IMG/VR virus record: IMGVR_UViG_3300031758_003913 | Coordinates: 58,600 to 78,599 of that record | DNA length: 20,000 bases | DNA from: an uncultured virus (IMG/VR IMGVR_UViG_3300031758_003913) | Lineage: Duplodnaviria; Heunggongvirae; Uroviricota; Caudoviricetes | Strand: one strand, 5' to 3' | Part shown: in pieces, positions 16,796 to 20,000 of the stretch | Numbering within the stretch: position 1 is the first letter of the stretch | Layout: each line of letters starts with the position of its first letter | Notes under the pieces: generated by a model | Told to the model about the DNA's origin: nothing | What the model saw: the letters and a program-made list of their open reading frames with translations, nothing else | Databases searched by the model: none | Translations under genes and position numbers: made by a program

Positions 16796-17410
16796 TTATA
16801 CCTCGTTAAAACCAGTTAAGCTCTGAACACGGACTGTATAATCAATTTGAATTAGTCTGTTTAAACTTTTTTGTATAGGGTGAAAAATTACATGTGTTAA
16901 TAGTCGTCCTGAACCTGTAGGATTAAATGCTTTAAGACCAAGTTCGTCAAAAACATATAAACTCTTAACATCTGTTGCTGTATCAAACGCTTCTTGTCCG
17001 TTTGGCTCGCCATAATCTAATAAACAAGTAACTAGAATATCTGTATAATTTGTTCCGCTTACATGACGAGTTTCAATCTTATTTCTTACAGGATCAATAT
17101 TGTTTACACTTCTGTCATCAACAACTTTAGTAAATGTTTGGTTATATAAACTTGCATTAGCACCGGTTGAGTTAGGTGTTAGATACGTAATAATCCCTGT
17201 TGGGTCTATACTAGTACCTCCATTGCCAAAACTCATTTCATAAATCCAACCCTGTCCAGCATTTGCTAAACTTTCTGCTAAAGAAATACTCATATTTTCG
17301 TAATGTATAGCATTACGCTTATTGATGAGTACTTCTCCACTAATCGGATCGTGAATTTTTATGTGACCTTGGAGTAAAATTCCGTTATTTTCTTTAAAGT
17401 TATCTGTCAT
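16796..17410 (-). CDS. Putative baseplate / fibre-junction structural protein
   Basis: 204 aa; GHIKIHD...NKRNAI...FGNGGT...FDELGL...LLTHVIF.P..KS..R.IQIDYTVRV resembles the N-terminal anchor domains of contractile-tail fibre proteins; sits between the giant virion gene and the fibre genes. Confidence 0.55.
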   Translation of the reverse strand: MTDNFKENNGILLQGHIKIHDPISGEVLINKRNAIHYENMSISLAESLANAGQGWIYEMSFGNGGTSIDPTGIITYLTPNSTGANASLYNQTFTKVVDDRSVNNIDPVRNKIETRHVSGTNYTDILVTCLLDYGEPNGQEAFDTATDVKSLYVFDELGLKAFNPTGSGRLLTHVIFHPIQKSLNRLIQIDYTVRVQSLTGFNEV

Positions 17411-17428
17411 GTTTATGTCCTGTACATG

Positions 17429-17436
17429 TATTTATC
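17429..17436 (-). promoter_or_regulatory. Late-promoter-like motif GATAAATA
   Basis: CGATAAATAC overlapping the TAA stop of the giant gene, 18 nt before ATG 17410, followed by AGGA. Confidence 0.55.
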
Positions 17437-20000
17437 GCGGTAAATCAATAGTTTTCTCGCGTAAGAAAGTGGCTATTTCTGTAGAACTTTGTCTCAATGA
17501 GACCCCTGGTTCATTCCATAATAATCCTGTACGTTTCTGTACAACGATTTTAGTTCCTGGTGCAGGCGGAGTAGTAAATCGCACATAAGTACCTAATACT
17601 CTATTAACAGCGTATTCTGCTTCTAATGTAATATCGCCCGTTGGACTATCTTGTCCTACTGTAGAATCCCATATTGTTAATGGATTCTTACGTAGTCTAC
17701 GACCACTAATGAATATATCAATGTCCATGCCTTCCCAATATTCATATGGTATACTGCTATAGTCGTAAACTGTGCCTGTTCCTGTACCGGTCGCTGTTGC
17801 TCTAAAGTCGTATCCTACTACGCTTGCGCCGCCTACATTACTCCATCTTGTATTGCCTATTTTGCTAACTGTATAGTATCTGCCAGGTATAATACTTGAA
17901 ACATTTATTTCTCTAAGTTCTTTATACCAACCAGTTTCTGTTCTTGGGTTAGGTAACGGAGCAAATGGCAATAATAATTGTACATATTTAATTGCTTTTG
18001 GTACCACTAAACTTGTAGCAGGAATTAAGAAAGGATCTGTTTCAGTTGGATTTACAATTACTAGATCGTATGCTCCTACTGACATTGCAGGCAATCGGAA
18101 ACGAATTTCTGTATCGTTAATATATTCTGTTATTAGTTCAACATTTGTTTGAGTATTTTCATCTGCAAGTGTTCCTTGCATAATAACTTTTACAACTGGT
18201 CTAAATCCGCTACCTTTTATAACACACTTTTGACGGAGACCTAGACCTAAATTATCAAGTTCTTCGTATCCTAAAGGAAATGCCGTGTTATTATTAGCTG
18301 TATATGTTATACTGTTTACACTTATTGCACCTATATTGTTGTAGTCAACACTCATATCCTTATAGTTGCCTGAGAACGCTTCAAATGTTACTACTTCATC
18401 CTTATAAGGAATATTAGAATCTATGCTTTGATCATAAACCCTGTCTCCTAGACTATGAACTGTTTTAACTCCAGTACCTAACGTACCTCTGCGTAGTTGT
18501 TTTAATACATTTCCCTCTCTGCGGAAATATTCAATACGTTCTCCGTTAATAAAAATTACACCAGGTATACGACTACGTACCGCAGGAGTTGGTAGACCTT
18601 CAGCATTGTCAAGAGTAATTATTTTATCATAATATTGTAAAGGTTCTGCTAATGTATATCGAGCATCATTACCTAATCTCTTATAGTGATATCTGTTTAG
18701 CATATCCTTAAATATTCTCCAACCGTATTTGTTTGATACAGGCGGATTACTAAAATGTATAATATCAACTACATCATTATCATTAAGTGGTGTAATCATC
18801 TTAATGTAACGTTTATTTTCTAATAAGATGTAATCAGCTGTAGGAGTTAATAAGGTACCATTTACAGATACCCATATATATGCTACATCTACTGCTTGCT
18901 CACGTAACTGAATTAGTCCATTTTTAAGTGTTCTGTATTCATGATAACCGTCTGACGCTTCACTCATTTGTGTACGTTCAATTACATCAAATTTTTGTCT
19001 TTCGATGCCTTGACTGTCGTGATTACTAAATTGATATACACGAATTTTAGTGCCTGCAGGGTAAGTATCATCAAAATAAATTGTATCAGGCGTTCCTACA
19101 AACGTGTCACTTGAATCTTCACCTATTTCAAAATACCCAAATCTATACTCGCCGTCAGCTATTAAATGCACACGCAATGTGTCGCCTGGAACTCCAACAC
19201 CGCTATTTAAAATAACTGTACTACCCTCTTGTGCATCAGGACTAATAGCAGGATTAAAAGATCCTGCACCTTCATAAGTCCACTCTTGTAAAAGACTTAG
19301 TTTTCTATTGTTTAAGTAAACATCAATCTTATCACCTGTTATTGAACCTACAGGCACTTGCCATTTTTTCAATTGATACTGTCTAGAGGTAGTGACATCA
19401 AATCGTTGAACGTAACCAGCATTTAGAACTTTGTCGTTTACAGTTACAAGGGTATAAAATTGTACTGGTTCTTGATTAAACGGTGCTTGACTAATTTGAT
19501 ATGACGTTGAACTGCCGTCGGCAATAAAATCGTCTACTGTTACTTGACTAAACGTAATTGCTGAACTTTCAAACAGTGCAAACTGTATTTTAGTTCCAGC
19601 TAACGGTGGCTGTACAAATTTAATTACAACGTTATTAGCTACAGCGTAACTGTCATCTGATTCAAATAATTCAAAAGGTTTTACTTCACCGTTTACAGTT
19701 ACATATCCGTTAATGTTATCTGTCCATCTTACATTTGTTAAGAATTCAGCCACAGAACCGTTGGCTGTAAACTCATCATAGTCCAGTATATTATCACCAG
19801 ATAGTCCCATAGCTAATAAATGTATCTCAGAACCGGCAGTAGGTGCTTGATAAAATACAACACTCTTTTTGTTCCAATCGATTCTAAAATCAGATTGCTG
19901 TGTCAAAATTTCATAGTCTACTTTAACTAACATAGAACTAAACGAGAAAGGCAATCCTTGCATAAAAAATTCTTTTGTCACACCATCGCCTCGATGATTA
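17432..20000 (-). CDS. C-terminal part of a very large repeat-containing virion protein (baseplate wedge-like), 5'-truncated
   Basis: Frame stays open upstream of the track's GTG 19981 to the edge (NHRGDG-VTKEF), so the true start is outside the window. Recurrent units (G/A)(D/N)G....(F/Y)...V.VNG...F..PP.AGT.I and an IPT/TIG-like segment. Confidence 0.75.
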   Translation of the reverse strand, partial: NHRGDGVTKEFFMQGLPFSFSSMLVKVDYEILTQQSDFRIDWNKKSVVFYQAPTAGSEIHLLAMGLSGDNILDYDEFTANGSVAEFLTNVRWTDNINGYVTVNGEVKPFELFESDDSYAVANNVVIKFVQPPLAGTKIQFALFESSAITFSQVTVDDFIADGSSTSYQISQAPFNQEPVQFYTLVTVNDKVLNAGYVQRFDVTTSRQYQLKKWQVPVGSITGDKIDVYLNNRKLSLLQEWTYEGAGSFNPAISPDAQEGSTVILNSGVGVPGDTLRVHLIADGEYRFGYFEIGEDSSDTFVGTPDTIYFDDTYPAGTKIRVYQFSNHDSQGIERQKFDVIERTQMSEASDGYHEYRTLKNGLIQLREQAVDVAYIWVSVNGTLLTPTADYILLENKRYIKMITPLNDNDVVDIIHFSNPPVSNKYGWRIFKDMLNRYHYKRLGNDARYTLAEPLQYYDKIITLDNAEGLPTPAVRSRIPGVIFINGERIEYFRREGNVLKQLRRGTLGTGVKTVHSLGDRVYDQSIDSNIPYKDEVVTFEAFSGNYKDMSVDYNNIGAISVNSITYTANNNTAFPLGYEELDNLGLGLRQKCVIKGSGFRPVVKVIMQGTLADENTQTNVELITEYINDTEIRFRLPAMSVGAYDLVIVNPTETDPFLIPATSLVVPKAIKYVQLLLPFAPLPNPRTETGWYKELREINVSSIIPGRYYTVSKIGNTRWSNVGGASVVGYDFRATATGTGTGTVYDYSSIPYEYWEGMDIDIFISGRRLRKNPLTIWDSTVGQDSPTGDITLEAEYAVNRVLGTYVRFTTPPAPGTKIVVQKRTGLLWNEPGVSLRQSSTEIATFLREKTIDLPR

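Noticed and set aside
705..17434. No TAG among the 16 visible stops (12 TAA, 4 TGA), raising the possibility of stop-codon recoding
   Set aside because: Genes are full length and densely packed under the standard bacterial code with no in-frame TAG, and TAG is rare in AT-rich genomes anyway.
1..20000. CRISPR arrays, tRNAs, introns/inteins, IS elements, DGR-type repeats
   Set aside because: Intergenic gaps are at most 50 nt, and by eye I found no nucleotide-level repeat arrays, transposase, reverse transcriptase or splicing motifs.

Overview
AT-rich window from a large tailed (myovirus-like, probably jumbo) bacteriophage. All 17 credible genes lie on the minus strand, tightly packed, in two modules. 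(1) 20000->9241, a tail/baseplate structural module: a very large repeat-containing virion protein running off the right edge, a 204-aa baseplate/fibre-junction-like protein, three paralogous fibre-like proteins with a shared N-terminal module (one ends in a tail-collar domain, one in a peptidase-G2-like chaperone domain) and two paralogous Thr/Ser/Gly-rich proteins. Three of these genes are preceded by a T4-late-promoter-like (T/G)ATAAATA motif. (2) 9190->1, a translationally coupled operon: three GT-A-fold glycosyltransferase-like genes, a degenerate GT10-like gene, an NDP-sugar epimerase/dehydratase, two small hypotheticals and three radical SAM enzymes with N-terminal twitch-type domains. 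The third radical SAM gene (712->1) is missing from the supplied ORF track. At the junction, a perfect sigma70 promoter (TTGACA-N17-TATAAT) lies inside a 52-nt RNA hairpin that would bury the Shine-Dalgarno and AUG of the first operon gene in read-through mRNA. The best candidate for an undescribed system is a phage glycosylation pathway using radical-SAM-tailored sugars, with its own transcription/translation switch. Family assignments come from motif recognition only; no searches were run.
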